A stretch of 64,000 nt of DNA from an uncultured Candidatus Rokubacteria bacterium (GCA_963708025.1 CAVPSB010000013.1:224001-288000), one strand, 5' to 3'. Positions 47,824-59,132 are shown, counted from the stretch's first letter. Program-made: numbers and translations. The notes: generated from the sequence alone by a model not told the origin.

Positions 47824-48566
47824 CCGGCCGGCACCTGGCCGGGCCGGCGCCCGAACCCGGCCGCGCCGGGTCCCTCGAGCCGAAGCTGCCGCATGATCCG
47901 CCTCGCCTCCACGCGCTGTAGGGGAAGGTGTGGGCCTCTCATACGCTCATACCACAGAGCGACCCCGGGGGCATGGCGCGGACGATCGCGCGAGGTGGCC
48001 CGCGCTGACGCCTTGACACGCCCGGCGCTCGGCGCCTAAAGTCTCTGACGATCCGACGGGCCAGCCCGGATCCGCTCAGCCCGCGATCCCGCGCTGTCCC
48101 GGCTGCCATAGCCAGAGCGTGCGCAAGGCGGCCCTCGTCTGGGAAGCACGCAGACCACGACGCGGGCGACGACGATTGGCGGTGACGGCGGCGATCTCGC
48201 GGTGGCGGGCACCACGGCGCAGAGCACGCATCAGACCAAGCTGGCCGAGCGGAGCGGCCCGCCGGTGAAGCCGGGCTGGCCGGACGAGCTGGTGGCGCCG
48301 ATCCTGCCGGCGATCGGCCTCGTGGCTGCCGCGAACTACGCGCCCATCTGGAAGGCAGAGGTCGCGACCTGGCGGGAGCGCGCCTGGGTCTGCGGCGTGT
48401 GCGGGAAGCTCTTTCTGGTCGCCCGCTGACCCCCTGCGCCCGCTGAGGCCACCGGCGCGAGCACCACCAGGACCGGCACGGGCGGTGCCTGGTGGTGGGT
48501 GCCGATGTACCGGATGGTCCGACTCGCTCACGGCTGTTCACTTCGCATCACCCAGGGAGGGTTGCC

Positions 48567-49814
48567 TTGGTGGCCACGACAGGCATTCGACGCTCGTATG
48601 TGCTGGCCCTGGCCCTGCTACCGTTGGTCGCGGCCGGCATGAAGAGCGATCCGCTCACCCAGCAAGCGCGGGAGGTCACCAAGTCCGTTCGGGTCAACAA
48701 GACCGTCGCCATCACGGGTGATGTCTTCTTCAATGCGAACATCGTCGCGATGGACGCCGCGACCTCCCTGACCGGCGTCGATCGGATCAAGGCGGCGGCG
48801 CGCGACATCAACCTGTCGCAGGTTGTCGTGGAGCAGTTCCCGGCCGCGCTCACGAACGCCGCCGTCTTTCCCAGCGTGGTGGCCGACGGCGCGGCCGATG
48901 CCGAGATCACGCTCGAATCAAGCCCCACCGCCGCGTACACCGATTGGATGCCGTTCAGCGTGTACAGGGATGTGTTGGCGAAGAAGATGGATGAGGAGTA
49001 CTACCCGACCAAGGCAGAGGGCACGCAGACGCCCGAAGGCCTGAAGTACCGCGCGATGTTTGAGCGACGCCCCGCCCGTGAGTTCTATTTTTACCACGAC
49101 GTTGGCGTCTACGAGGACTACTTCCAGCAGCGGCACCGTGAGTTGTCAGGCCAGGGCTTCCGATTGCTGTGGCAGCATCAGTTCATTGATGCGAGGGGTG
49201 ACACGAGATACCAGGTGACCTGGGTAAGGGACCCCACGGCACCCAGCGAAGTTCCTCGGACCGGCTCGCCCGCGGTGCAGCCTGCGCCCGAGGGGACCTC
49301 GCCCGGCACGCTCGCTGCTCGCGGGGCGGCTGCCGAGCGGGAAGCGTCGCAACTCTTGAAGGAAGGTCGGTACGCCGACGGTCTCGCCAAGGCGCGGGAG
49401 GCGCTCGCGTTGAGAGAGCAGGTGTTGGGACCCAAGCACTTGGATGTTGCCGAGAGCCTGACGACTCTGGCGGAGTTCTACCGGTCCATGGGGCAGTATG
49501 CTGACGCCGAGCGTCTGCATCGACGGGCGCTCGCGATCCGGGAGGACCTACTGAGCTCGGATCATGCGCAGGTCGCGCAGAGTCTCAACAACCTTGCGAT
49601 GCTGCGCAACGCTCAGGCAACGTACACCGAGGCGGAGACAATGCTGCTCCGGGCGTTGGATATCCTGGAACGGCTCCAGGCCACAATGCATGGTAACTAC
49701 GGACTCCAGGCCGAGATCCTCGAAAACCTCGCTACAGCGTACCGAGCTCTGGGCAAAGTAGCCGAGGCAGAGGAAGCGCGGGCAAAGGCGAATCTTCTGT
49801 GGACTCTTCGGTAG
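48567..49814 (+). CDS. Exported tetratricopeptide repeat protein
   Basis: Kinesin-light-chain-type TPRs (HLDVAESLTTLA, VAQSLNNLA); AT-richer codon usage; start uncertain. Confidence 0.75.
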   Translation: MVATTGIRRSYVLALALLPLVAAGMKSDPLTQQAREVTKSVRVNKTVAITGDVFFNANIVAMDAATSLTGVDRIKAAARDINLSQVVVEQFPAALTNAAVFPSVVADGAADAEITLESSPTAAYTDWMPFSVYRDVLAKKMDEEYYPTKAEGTQTPEGLKYRAMFERRPAREFYFYHDVGVYEDYFQQRHRELSGQGFRLLWQHQFIDARGDTRYQVTWVRDPTAPSEVPRTGSPAVQPAPEGTSPGTLAARGAAAEREASQLLKEGRYADGLAKAREALALREQVLGPKHLDVAESLTTLAEFYRSMGQYADAERLHRRALAIREDLLSSDHAQVAQSLNNLAMLRNAQATYTEAETMLLRALDILERLQATMHGNYGLQAEILENLATAYRALGKVAEAEEARAKANLLWTLR

Positions 49815-49937
49815 GGTCCACCAGAGATCCAGGTTGAGCGGCGGACGTCGCCGAGGGCGGTCATGGAATGCTCCGGGCGCGGGCCGGGATCGCGCGAGGT
49901 TGCGCCCGGGGCCGGGCCGGGCTAGGATACGACGACC

Positions 49938-50231
49938 ATGGTCCGGTCGGTCCATCGGTTGATCCGCGCCGGCCTCGCGGTCGGGCTCGTCCTGGCGCTC
50001 GTCGGCATCGCGGTCCACGTCGCCCACCACGCCACCGACCTCGGCAAGTCGTCCCAGTGCCCGGTGCTCGCGGCCGCTCAGCAGCTCCCGTGGTCGCAAG
50101 CGGAAACGCCGGATGTGTGGATCGCGCTCGCGGTCGCGGTCGCGCTCGCGACCGTTCTGGCCGAGTCGTGCCGCCCGGTCCGCTTTCCCCGGGTTGACCG
50201 TGGCCGCGCCCCGCCCGTCCGGCCCTCCTGA
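49938..50231 (+). CDS. DUF2946-like small membrane protein with C-terminal RAPP motif
   Basis: N-terminal TM, HVAHH, CPV, terminal RGRAPP. Confidence 0.65.
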   Translation: MVRSVHRLIRAGLAVGLVLALVGIAVHVAHHATDLGKSSQCPVLAAAQQLPWSQAETPDVWIALAVAVALATVLAESCRPVRFPRVDRGRAPPVRPS

Positions 50232-50334
50232 TCCACTTTACCGGTCGAGTCCGATACGCGCGCTCCGTCGCGCGCCGCGTGCCGCCCTGAAGCCGGCACG
50301 GCCGCGCTCCCGGAGCCCGCCGCAAGGGGAAGCC

Positions 50335-51438
50335 ATGGAGTCGATCTACTACGTGATGTCGTGGGCGTGTCACCGCAGTGCAAGCACTGCTACGAGGAGC
50401 GCTTCCGCCCGTACGTCCGCGCCGAGCTGAAGTCCGTGGTCGCCGAGGCGCCGAGCGAACTTCCCGCGCATCATCGACAACTTCCCCGAGCGCACGACGT
50501 ACCTCGACCTCGAGCGACCCGCGAGCCCGACGGCCGCTTGCCGGAGCAGATCGGGCCGGATCATCCTGTCCGGCGGCGAGGCGCTGATCGATCCGGTGCG
50601 CGAGCGCGTGACCTACACGGTGCATCGAGCGCCTGACCGCGCGCTACGCGGCGATCAGGGCGGCGTGAAGCTCGTCGTGCAGACGACCGGCGACCTGCTG
50701 ACCGACGCGATCGTCGACGACCTCCTCGCGCGCGGCGTCTGGATGATCTCGGTGGCGAGCGTCGACGACTTCCACGTCGGGCTCGAAGGGCCGGACAAGC
50801 AGGACGCGTTCACCGAGCAGGCTGTCGCGCGCTGTTCGAGCGGCACGGCATGCGCCGATCGGGCCTCGTCGGCGCCGCGACGCGCAACTGGCACGAGGAA
50901 GACGGGCCGGTCTACAGCTTCTTCGGCGCGCACGCCCGACTCGTGGATCGGCAAGCTGTGGCCGCGCGGCCGCGCCTGGCAGAACGACCTCTCGACGGCG
51001 ACGACTCGCCGACAACTTCTGCAACCGCTGGTCGGGCGGGCTGAACTTCCTCCGCCACCGGTACAACGGCTCCGAGGTGTCGGTCGAGCCCGACCGGCGA
51101 CGTGCTACCCCTGCTGCGTGAAGACGAAGCTGCCGGTCGGCAACCTGCTCGAGGACAGACCTGATCGACATCCTCGACTCGCTGGCCGGCGATCCCGGCG
51201 TACGAGGCGATCACGATGGGTCATCCCGAGCGGATGGGGATCGGCCACGGCTGGAGCGAGGACACGTTCTCGCGACGTCGCGCACGGTGACGCCGGCCGG
51301 GCGCACGGCTACCAGAACCTCTGCATCGGCTGCGACCGCTTCCACGAGGAGGTGCTCGGGCCGCGCCTGGCGGCCGCACGGGCGCCGGCGTCGGGCCGCG
51401 GCGGTGCCCGCCGAGCGCGTCGCCGATCGGACCGATGA
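50335..51438 (+). CDS. Radical SAM/SPASM protein, multiply frameshifted
   Basis: MESIYYVMSWACHR-CKHC (CxxxCxxC once one base is removed), LSGGE, VQTTGD, YPCCVK, LCIGCDRF. Confidence 0.75.
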
Positions 51439-51458
51439 TCTCGCAAGGGGGACACCCG

Positions 51459-52695
51459 ATGATGCCGTGCGCTGTTCGCACGGGCCTCGGCCTGCTCGTC
51501 CTCGCGCCTGCTCACCGCGCACCCGCGCAGCCGCCCCGGCGCAGGCGCCGTCGTGGCCGGAGATCGCGGCCCGGGCGCGCGGCCAGACGGTGTTAACTGG
51601 AACGCGTGGGCCGGCGACGAGAAGACCAACGCCTTCATCGCGTGGGTCGGCGAGCGAGGTCGCGCGGCGCTCACGGCGTCAAGGTGCGTCACGTCAAGCT
51701 CAAGGACACCGCCGAGGCGGTCGACGCGGGTCGTCGCCGAGAAGGCCGGCCGGCCGCGATCGCGACGGCGGGACGGTCGACCTCGATCTGGATCAACGGG
51801 CCCAATTTCCTGGCGATGAAGGAGCAGGGGCTGCTCCACGGCCCGTTCACCCAGCTCCTGCCCAACTCCCGGCGGGTCGACACGCAGGGCAAGCCGTCCA
51901 CGGTCATCGACTTCACGGTGCCGGTCGACGGCCTGGCGGCGCCGTGGCGCATGGCGCAGATCGTTTCGTCTACGACGGCGCCCGGGTGCCGAAGCCGCCG
52001 CGGTCGATCCCCGCGCTGCTCGACTGGGCGCAGGCGCAATCCCGGCCGCCTCACGCACCCCAGCGTGCGCAACTTCCTCGGCACGACGTTCCTGAAGCAG
52101 GCGCTCTACGAGCTGGCGCCCGACCCGGCGGTGCTGCAGCAGCCCGGCGACCGACGCAGAACTTCGCCGCGGTGACCGCGCCCGCTCTGGGGCTGGTACG
52201 ACGCGCTCCGGCCGGCCCTGTGGCGCCAGGGCCGCGCAGTTCCCCGAGAGCGGCCCCGCCCAGCGGCAGCTCATGAGCGACGGCGAGATCGACATCATGA
52301 TCGCGTTCAACCCGTCCGAGGCCGCGACGTCGATCGCGAACCGGCCTCCTGCCCGACACGGTGCGCACGTTCGTCTTGCGAGCGGGGCACGATCGGCAAC
52401 ACCAGCTTCGTCGCGATCCCGTACAACGCCGCCCACCGGAGGGCGCGATGGTCGTCGCCAACTTCCTGCTGTCGCCGGAGACCCAGGCCCACGCCCAGGA
52501 CCCGCGGGTGCTGGGCAGCGTTCACCGTGCTGGATCTCACCCGCCTGGCGGCTGCCGACCGGCAGCGCTTCGACGACCTGCCCCGGGGCGTGGCGACGCT
52601 GACCAACGCCGAGCTGGGGCGGCCGCTGCCTCGAGCCGCACCCGTCGTGGATGACGCGCATCACGGCGGAGTGGGAACGGCGCTACAGCAACTGA
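51459..52695 (+). CDS. YnjB-like ABC substrate-binding protein, multiply frameshifted
   Basis: ARGQTV, WNAWAGD, WINGPNF, NFLGTTFLKQ, IGNTSFVAIPYNA, NFLLSPETQ. Confidence 0.75.
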
Positions 52696-52750
52696 TCCTG
52701 GACGGCGAACACTGCACCCTGATCGGGGCTTCGGGCGCTGCTCCTATTCC

Positions 52751-52853
52751 GCTCCCTCTCCCCTTCAGGGGGAGCGGGCTGAGGCCGAGGGTCGATAGGG
52801 GAGCATGGCTTCTCCGGCTCACGCTGACCCTCTCCCCCTGAAGGGGAGAGGGA
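52751..52853. repeat. Repeat family C copy
   Basis: CCCTCTCCCCTTCAGGGG ... CCCTCTCCCCCTGAAGGGGAGAGGG. Confidence 0.7.
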
Positions 52854-52929
52854 AAGGAGGGTACAGCTCGAGCCGGATAACCGCCGATTGGGGCTTGGGA
52901 GCCGCTGGCATTTCTTGACGGGCGCTGAG

Positions 52930-54640
52930 TTGAATGACGCGGCGGAGCGGCGCCGGGGAACGCTGGGCTATGTTCCCGGGCTCACCGTGGCGCTGTTCCT
53001 GGTGCCGATCGGCGCCGGGCTCGTCGGCACCGCGCTGCCGGCCTTCGGCTACCTGCCCGCCATCGGCGGCCACCGGCTGACCCTCGACCCCTGGCGGGCG
53101 CTGCTCGCCCAGCCCGGTCTTCTCGACCACCCTGCGGCTCACGATCGCCTGCGGCCTCCTGGCCACGCTCATCTCGCTCGGCGTGGTCGTGGCCTTCTGC
53201 GCGGCCGCCCACGGGACCCGGGGCTTCCGGCGCGTGCAGGCGGCGCTCGCGCCGATGCTGGCGACCCCGCACGCCGCCCTCGCGATCGGGCTCGCGTTCC
53301 TGATGGCGCCGAGCGGCTGGATCGCGCGCTGGCTCTCGCCGTGGCTGACCGGGTGGGAGCGCCCGCCCGACCTCGCCCTGGTGCCGGACCCGGCCGGCCT
53401 GTGCGTGGTGGCCGGGCTCACGCTGAAGGAGGTGCCCTACCTGCTCTTGATGACGCTGGCCGCGCTCGACCAGGTGCGGGCCGGCCAGGCGCTCGACATC
53501 GCCCGCTCGCTCGGCTACGGCCCGGTCACCGCGTGGCTCAAGGCCGTCCTGCCGCAGATCTACCCGCAGATCCGGCTGCCGCTCTACGCGGTGCTCGCCT
53601 TCTCCCTGTCGGTCGTCGACGTCGCGCTCATCCTGGCCCCGGCGAACCCGCCGCCGCTCGGGCCGCTGGTCGTCCGGTGGTTCTCCGACCGGGACCTGGC
53701 GCTGGTCTTCCCCGCCGCCGCCGGGGCCTGCCTGCAGTTCCTGATCGTCGCCGTCGCGATCGGGCTCTGGCGCTTGACCGAGATCGCGGTGGCCCGACTG
53801 GGGCGGGCCTGGATCGCGCGGGGCCACCGGGGCGGCCACGGCACACTCGCGCGGCGGGGCGCGGCAACGGTCATGACGGGGATCCTGCTGGCGAGCGCGG
53901 CCAGCGTCCTCGGCATGGCCGTCTGGTCGGTCGCCGCCGCCTGGCGCTTTCCGCAGGCGCTGCCGGCGAGCTTCACGCTGGAGACCTGGCAGCGCCAGAC
54001 CAGGGGGCTGATCGGACCGACCTGGACCACGATCGCGGTCGGCGTGACCGCCACCGGCGTCGCCCTGGCGCTCGTCCTGGCCTGCCTCGAGAACGAGCAG
54101 CGCCAGGGACTCAAGCCGTCGGCCCGCGCGCTGTGGCTCCTCTACACCCCGCTGCTCGTGCCGCAGATCGCGTTCCTGTTCGGCGCCCAGGTCGCGCTGG
54201 TCCGCCTCGACCTCGACGCGACCTGGCTGGCGGTGATCTGGGCGCACCTCCTCTTCGTGCTGCCCTACGTGTTCCTGTCGCTGGCCGACCCCTGGCGCGC
54301 GCTCGATCCGCGCTACGCGCGGACCGCCGCCTGTCTGGGCGCCTCCCCCGCCGGCGTGTTCTTGCGGGTCAAGGTGCCGATGCTGGTGCGCCCCATCCTG
54401 TTCGCGGCCGCCGTCGGCTTCGCGGTCAGCGCGGGGCAGTACCTGCCGACGCTGTTCGCCGGGGCCGGACGCTTCGCGACGCTCACGACCGAGGCCGTCA
54501 CGCTCGCCTCCGGCAGCGACCGCCGGGTCATCGGGGTCTACACCTTCGTGCAGACCGCGCTCCCGCTGCTCGTCTACGCGACGGCGATCGCGCTGCCGCT
54601 GTGGGTCTACCGGGAGCGGCGCGGGCTGCAGGCTTCCTGA
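52930..54640 (+). CDS. YnjC-like ABC permease (frameshift near 53120)
   Basis: PAFGYLPAIG, LATPHAALAIG, LKEVPYLL, QYLPTL. Confidence 0.8.
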
Positions 54641-55281
54641 TGAGCCGGACGCTGCGCCTCGAGGACGTCCAGATCGCGGTGGGGCCGCGCGCCCTCCTGG
54701 GGCCGCTGACCCTCGAGGTGAAGCCGGGCGAGGTGCTGACGGTCATGGGGCCGAGCGGCTCCGGCAAGTCGACGCTGCTGTCCTACATCTGCGGCACGCT
54801 CGACCCCGCGTTCGTGGCCAAGGGGCGGGTGTGGCTGCGCGACCGCGAGATCACGCGCCTGCCGCCCGAGGCGCGGCGGGTCGGCATCCTCTTCCAGGAC
54901 GACCTCCTCTTCCCTCACCTGTCGGTGGGCCAGAACCTCGCCTTCGGCCTGCCCGTCGAGGTGGCTGGCCCGGCCGCCCGCCGAGCCCGGGTCGAGGCGG
55001 CGCTCGAGGAGGCCGATCTCGGCGGCTTCGCCGACCGGGACCCGGCCACCCTGTCCGGCGGCCAGCGCGCCCGCGTCTCGCTCATGCGGACGCTCCTCGC
55101 CGAGCCGCACGCCCTGCTCCTCGACGAGCCCTTCAGCAAGCTCGACGCCGAGCTGCGCGAGCGGTTCCGGCGCTTCGTCTTCACCCACGCGGGCTCCCGC
55201 GGCTTGCCGACCTTGCTGGTGACCCACGACCCGGCCGACGCGGAGGCGGCCCGGGGCCCCGTCCTGCGGCTCCTGGAGTAG
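54640..55281 (+). CDS. YnjD-like ABC ATP-binding protein
   Basis: MGPSGSGKS, FQDDLLFPHL, LSGGQRAR, LDEPFSKLD. Confidence 0.85.
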   Translation: MSRTLRLEDVQIAVGPRALLGPLTLEVKPGEVLTVMGPSGSGKSTLLSYICGTLDPAFVAKGRVWLRDREITRLPPEARRVGILFQDDLLFPHLSVGQNLAFGLPVEVAGPAARRARVEAALEEADLGGFADRDPATLSGGQRARVSLMRTLLAEPHALLLDEPFSKLDAELRERFRRFVFTHAGSRGLPTLLVTHDPADAEAARGPVLRLLE

Positions 55282-55373
55282 CTCCGGGCGGCGGCTCCGC
55301 CGGCCCGGCTGGGGGTTATCCCGTATACCCGGGAAACTTGGGGGGCGAGTGCCCCTCGCCCTAGAATGGGCTC

Positions 55374-55661
55374 ATGATCCTCGCCCGACCCGACAAGATC
55401 ATCGTCGTCGCTCCGGACCTCGTGTCGTTCTACGAGTTCCTGAAGCCGCGGCAGGAAGACCTCTACGACACCTTCATCGTGCTCCTCGACCGGCGACAGG
55501 CCGAGCGGCGCCGGCTCGAGCGACGGCGGGAGATCCGCCCGAGCGCCGCCGACCGCCGCCGCGAGGACCGCCGCAGCCCGACCTCCGACGCCGCCCGGGC
55601 GCAGCTCTCCGTCCTCGGGTTCGCGATCCTCCACCGGGAAGGCGAGCGCTACACCCCCTGA
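55374..55661 (+). CDS. Small hypothetical protein with DRR/ERR repeats
   Basis: IIVV...YEFLK...VLLDRRQAERRR; similar to the N-terminal domain of 28286-29110; hairpin follows at 55668-55691. Confidence 0.6.
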   Translation: MILARPDKIIVVAPDLVSFYEFLKPRQEDLYDTFIVLLDRRQAERRRLERRREIRPSAADRRREDRRSPTSDAARAQLSVLGFAILHREGERYTP

Positions 55662-55840
55662 GAACATCGGGGGGGTCTGGGAAGACCCCCCGCGGAGCGC
55701 GACTATTGGACGGCCTTCGGCCTTTGGGCCGCGGCTCGAAGCGGAACGCCGTGACCGCGCGGCCGGGTCAGAGGGGTACGAGAAGCCGACGAGTGGCGGG
55801 AAGTCAGACCCGCCTGGATTGGTTCACCGGCTCCGAGATT

Positions 55841-56017
55841 TCCGGGACCTCCCGCCCACCCCGATCCTTCGACAGCCTTCGGCCTTTGGCCCCCTCCCCA
55901 CCCACTGAGCGTGTGAAGCAATCGGTCCCTCCGGCTCCCCCCTCCCCCCCGGCCACAGGCCGAAGGCCGTCGAAGGGTGGGGGAGGGGGGTTGGGGGGGT
56001 AGGCGGGAGGCCCCGAA
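55841..56017. repeat. Two family A units in inverted arrangement
   Basis: TCCGGGACCTCCCGCCCACCC... then GAGCGTGTGAAGCAATC...GGGAGGCCCCGAA. Confidence 0.8.
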
Positions 56018-57367
56018 CTAGTTGCGGAAGAAGCGGAGCGGCCCGAAGACCAGGGCCGGGAACGCGATCGTGAGCGTCAGCCCGATCAGCTGGAGGGCGA
56101 CGAACGGCACCACGCCCCGGTAGATCTCGACGGTCCTCACCTCGGCCGGGGCCACCCCGCGGAGGAAGAAGAGCGAGAAGCCGAAGGGCGGGGTGAGGAA
56201 GGAGGTCTGCAGGTTCACGCTGATCGCGATGGCCAGCCACGTGGGATCGAAGCCGAAGTGCTGCACCAGCACCGGCACCAGGATCGGCACGTGGATGAAG
56301 CAGATCTCGTAGTAGTCGATGAAGAAGCCCAGGAGGAAGATGACGAACATCACCAGCGCCAGGACGCCGTAGGGTCCGAACGGCAGGCCCTTGAGGAAGT
56401 CCTGGATCAGGTGGTCGCCGTTGAGGCCGCGGAACACCAGCCCGAAGCAGTTGGCGCCGACCAGGATGATGAACCCGAGGCTGGTGATCCGGGTCGTGAC
56501 CTGCATCACGCCGCGGAGCATCGCCATCGAGAACCGACCCTTCAGGATCGTCAGGATCATCCCGCCCATCGCCCCGACCGACGCCGCCTCGGTCGGCGAG
56601 GCGACTCCGGCGAAGATCGACCCCAGCACGCCCACGATCAGCGCGAAGGCGGGCAGCAGCGCGAGGCCCACCCGCTTGACCGCGTCCGCCCGGAAGGCGG
56701 CGATCTCGGCGGCCGGGATGGCCGGGGCGAGCTCGGGCTTCCACCACGACAGGACGGCGAGGTAGACGATGTAGAGTCCCACCAGGATGAAGCCGGGGAC
56801 GACGGCGCCGATGTAGAGGTCCCCGACCGAGACGCCCATGATGTCGCCCATCAGGATCAGGATGATGCTGGGGGGGATGATCTGGCCCAGGGTCCCGGCC
56901 GCGCAGATGGTGCCGCAGATCAGCTCCTTGTTGTAGCCCCGCCGCAGCATGGTGGGGAGCGAGATCATCCCCATGGTGATGACGCTGGCCCCCACGATCC
57001 CGGTCGAGGCCGCCAGGATGGCCCCCACCACCACCACCGAGATTGCGATGCCGCCCCTGAGGTGCCCGAACAGGAGGGCCATGGTCTCCAGGAGCTCCTC
57101 GGCGAGGCCGGATTTCTCGAGCGCGACGCCCATGAAGACGAAGAGGGGCACCGCCAGCAGGGTGAAGTTGGTCATCGTGCCCCAGATGCGGATCGGCAGG
57201 ATGTCGAGGAAGTCGGGCCGGAGAAAGCCGAAGCCCACCCCCAGCGCGCCGAAGAAGAAGCCCGTGAAGGTGAGGCTGAAGGCCACCGGGAACCCGAAGA
57301 AGAGAAAGGCGATCATGCCGGCGAACATGAGGGCGGCCAGCACCTGGTCGAGCGGCAGGCCGGCCAT
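56018..57367 (-). CDS. TRAP transporter large permease (DctM)
   Basis: GFPVAFSL, GTLGQIIPPS, QTSFLTPPFG. Confidence 0.92.
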   Translation of the reverse strand: MAGLPLDQVLAALMFAGMIAFLFFGFPVAFSLTFTGFFFGALGVGFGFLRPDFLDILPIRIWGTMTNFTLLAVPLFVFMGVALEKSGLAEELLETMALLFGHLRGGIAISVVVVGAILAASTGIVGASVITMGMISLPTMLRRGYNKELICGTICAAGTLGQIIPPSIILILMGDIMGVSVGDLYIGAVVPGFILVGLYIVYLAVLSWWKPELAPAIPAAEIAAFRADAVKRVGLALLPAFALIVGVLGSIFAGVASPTEAASVGAMGGMILTILKGRFSMAMLRGVMQVTTRITSLGFIILVGANCFGLVFRGLNGDHLIQDFLKGLPFGPYGVLALVMFVIFLLGFFIDYYEICFIHVPILVPVLVQHFGFDPTWLAIAISVNLQTSFLTPPFGFSLFFLRGVAPAEVRTVEIYRGVVPFVALQLIGLTLTIAFPALVFGPLRFFRN

Positions 57368-57370
57368 GGG

Positions 57371-57901
57371 TCAGTGGACCTCCTTGGCCGCCGGCTCGCG
57401 GGTCTCCCAGCCCATCGCCCAGTAGAACGACTTGATGGCCTGGGAGATCCCCTGGACCAGCAGGAACACGAAGCCGATGATGATCATCGACTTGAGCGCC
57501 CACCGGGCGGGGAGTCCGCCGGGGTCGGGCGACCCCTCCCACGTCCACCACGCCGTCCGGACGAACGGCCAGGCCGTGTACACCACCAGGAGACAGGACG
57601 GGAAGAAGAAGATCCAGAGCAGCACGAAGTCGAGCCACGCCCTCCGGCGCGGCGAGAGCTTGGAGTAGATGATGTCGACCCGCACGTGCTCGTCGTAGAG
57701 CAGCGTGTAGCCGGCGGCCAGGAGGTAGAGCGTGCCGAACAGGTACCACTCGAGCTCCTGGGTGGCTCCGTACGCCTTCCGGAAGGCGTAGCGGAGCACG
57801 ACGTCGCCGAAGACGACGACCACCATCGCCAGGGACAGCCACGAGACTCCACGCCCGAACCAGTCCTGCCAGGCGTCGATCCGCCGGGCCAGCTCACGCA
57901 T
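57371..57901 (-). CDS. TRAP transporter small permease (DctQ)
   Basis: QELEWYL, EHVRVDIIY. Confidence 0.92.
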   Translation of the reverse strand: MRELARRIDAWQDWFGRGVSWLSLAMVVVVFGDVVLRYAFRKAYGATQELEWYLFGTLYLLAAGYTLLYDEHVRVDIIYSKLSPRRRAWLDFVLLWIFFFPSCLLVVYTAWPFVRTAWWTWEGSPDPGGLPARWALKSMIIIGFVFLLVQGISQAIKSFYWAMGWETREPAAKEVH

Positions 57902-58048
57902 CGACCGTTCCTCCCTTGGACGACGAACGGCCGACCCCTCGGGGTCGGCCAGTTCGGCGAGATCTTTCCGGGCCCGGCGCCGGCCCGGAACGCCTCCGGA
58001 TGACGGCGGGGCGGAGCGGTGGCCCCGTCCCGCCGCCGGTTGACGAGG

Positions 58049-59132
58049 CTAACCCAGAATGCTGTGGTAGACGCCCTCCACCTTGCCCCAGTCCGACGTC
58101 GTGGACAGGAACTTCGCGTAGGCGGCCGCGACCTTCTTGGCCATCGGACTCTTGTCGGCCTCCTCCTGCATGACCTGCGCCGAGAGCTTCCGGGCGCCGT
58201 CGATCACCGCGTCCGGGAGCCGGATGAGCTCCACCTTGCCCTTGAACTCCGTCGTGAGGCGCTGCAGCCCGATCGCGTTCTTGACGAAGTACTCCGCGTC
58301 CGACAGCGGATAGATCGCCGCCGCCGCGTAGTCCAGGATGTGCCGGAAGTCGGCCGGCAGCGCGTCGTAGGCCTTCTTGTTGAAGCTGAACTCGGCGATC
58401 GACGTCGGCTCGTGCCAGCCGGGGAAGTAGTAGTAGCGGGCCGCGTTCTGGAAGCCGAGCTTGAGGTCGTCGTGGGGCCCGATGAACTCGGTGGCGTCGA
58501 TGGTGCCGCGCTCGAGCGCGGTGTAGATCTCCCCGGGCGGCAGGAGGACCACGGCGGCGCCGGCCTTGGCGTAGACCTTCCCCCAGGCCCGGGATCCGGA
58601 TCTTCAGGCCTTTCAGGTCGTCGATGGTGTTGATCTTCTTCCGGAACCAGCCGGTCATCTGCGGGTTGGTCGCCTGGGCCGGGCGCGGGATCACGCCGAA
58701 GGGGGCGTAGGCCTCCTCCCACAGCTTGAGCCCGTCCCCGAAGTGATACCAGGCGAAGTACCCCTGGGCGTCGAGGCCGAACGGCACCGAGGTGAACCAC
58801 TGGAAGCCGTTCTCCTTGCCGGCCCAGTAGTAGGCGGCGCCGTTGAACGCCTCCACCGTGCCCTGGAGGCACGCGTCGAAGACGCCCGTCGCCGGCATGA
58901 GCTCACCGCCGGCGAACACCTGGATCTTGAAGCGGCCCCCGGTCTCCTCGTCGACGATCTTCGCGAACCGCTGCGCGTTCCCGAGCAGGATGTCGTTGGC
59001 CGGGGGCCACATGGTCGGCATCCGCCACTGGATCCGGGGCTGGGCGATCACGTTGGGGGCGTCGATGGTGGACGCCGCGCCGGCGGCCACGAGGGCGCCG
59101 CCGGCTCTCACGAGGAACTTGCGTCGCTGCAT
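58049..59132 (-). CDS. TRAP substrate-binding protein (DctP/TakP-like, Tat), frameshift near 58585
   Basis: QRRKFL, FTSVPFG, GLKIRIPG, EIYTALERGTIDATEF, YYFPGWHEP. Confidence 0.9.

Noticed and set aside
49938-50231. The small ORF as a RiPP precursor for the adjacent radical SAM enzyme
   Set aside because: TM helix plus terminal RAPP fits a DUF2946-type leader better, and no RRE domain or peptidase is seen; not fully excluded
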